Below are positions 64,000 through 64,000 of a stretch of 64,000 nt of DNA, in pieces. A model generated the notes under the pieces. That model saw only the letters and a list, made by a program, of their open reading frames with translations. It made no database searches and was not told the DNA's origin. The first letter of the stretch is position 1; every line of letters starts with the position of its first letter. Source of the DNA: Nostoc sp. UHCC 0870 (GTDB lineage Bacteria > Cyanobacteriota > Cyanobacteriia > Cyanobacteriales > Nostocaceae); contig NZ_CP091913.1 of NCBI RefSeq assembly GCF_022063185.1, positions 4,563,141-4,627,140 of the forward strand, read 5' to 3'. The translations under genes were made by a program, and so were the position numbers.

Positions 64000-64000
64000 G

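Overview
The window is most consistent with chromosomal DNA from a heterocyst-forming cyanobacterium (Nostoc/Anabaena type). Evidence: the HIP1 octamer GCGATCGC recurs throughout; intergenic regions carry dense tandem heptanucleotide (STRR-like) arrays; hallmark genes are petB-petD, cpcS, two tandem flavodiiron genes, and the fbp-tal-zwf-opcA oxidative pentose phosphate operon. Most content is ordinary core genome: cytochrome b6f subunits, CtpA protease, a site-2 protease, cobB, queA, murA, tRNA-Leu, sdhA, the sulfate ABC transporter cysT-cysW-sbp, and a crhR / rbp-rpsU cold-response neighbourhood. The non-standard signals are: (i) heptamer repeat arrays that sit in-frame inside cobB and queA; (ii) a murA whose conserved N-terminus lies upstream of any canonical start codon; (iii) at least four families of small interspersed palindromic (MITE-like) elements in intergenic DNA, concentrated around sdhA; (iv) a two-component island (orphan REC, two REC-first hybrid kinases, a 1.2 kb AT-rich divergent spacer, a LuxR-type regulator) next to an orphan AAA+ ATPase with an unrecognised 260-aa N-domain and a tandem flavodiiron pair; (v) a GHL10-like hydrolase fused to a C-terminal domain with two D-T/S-G motifs. 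No CRISPR array, rRNA or clear transposase-bounded mobile element was found.
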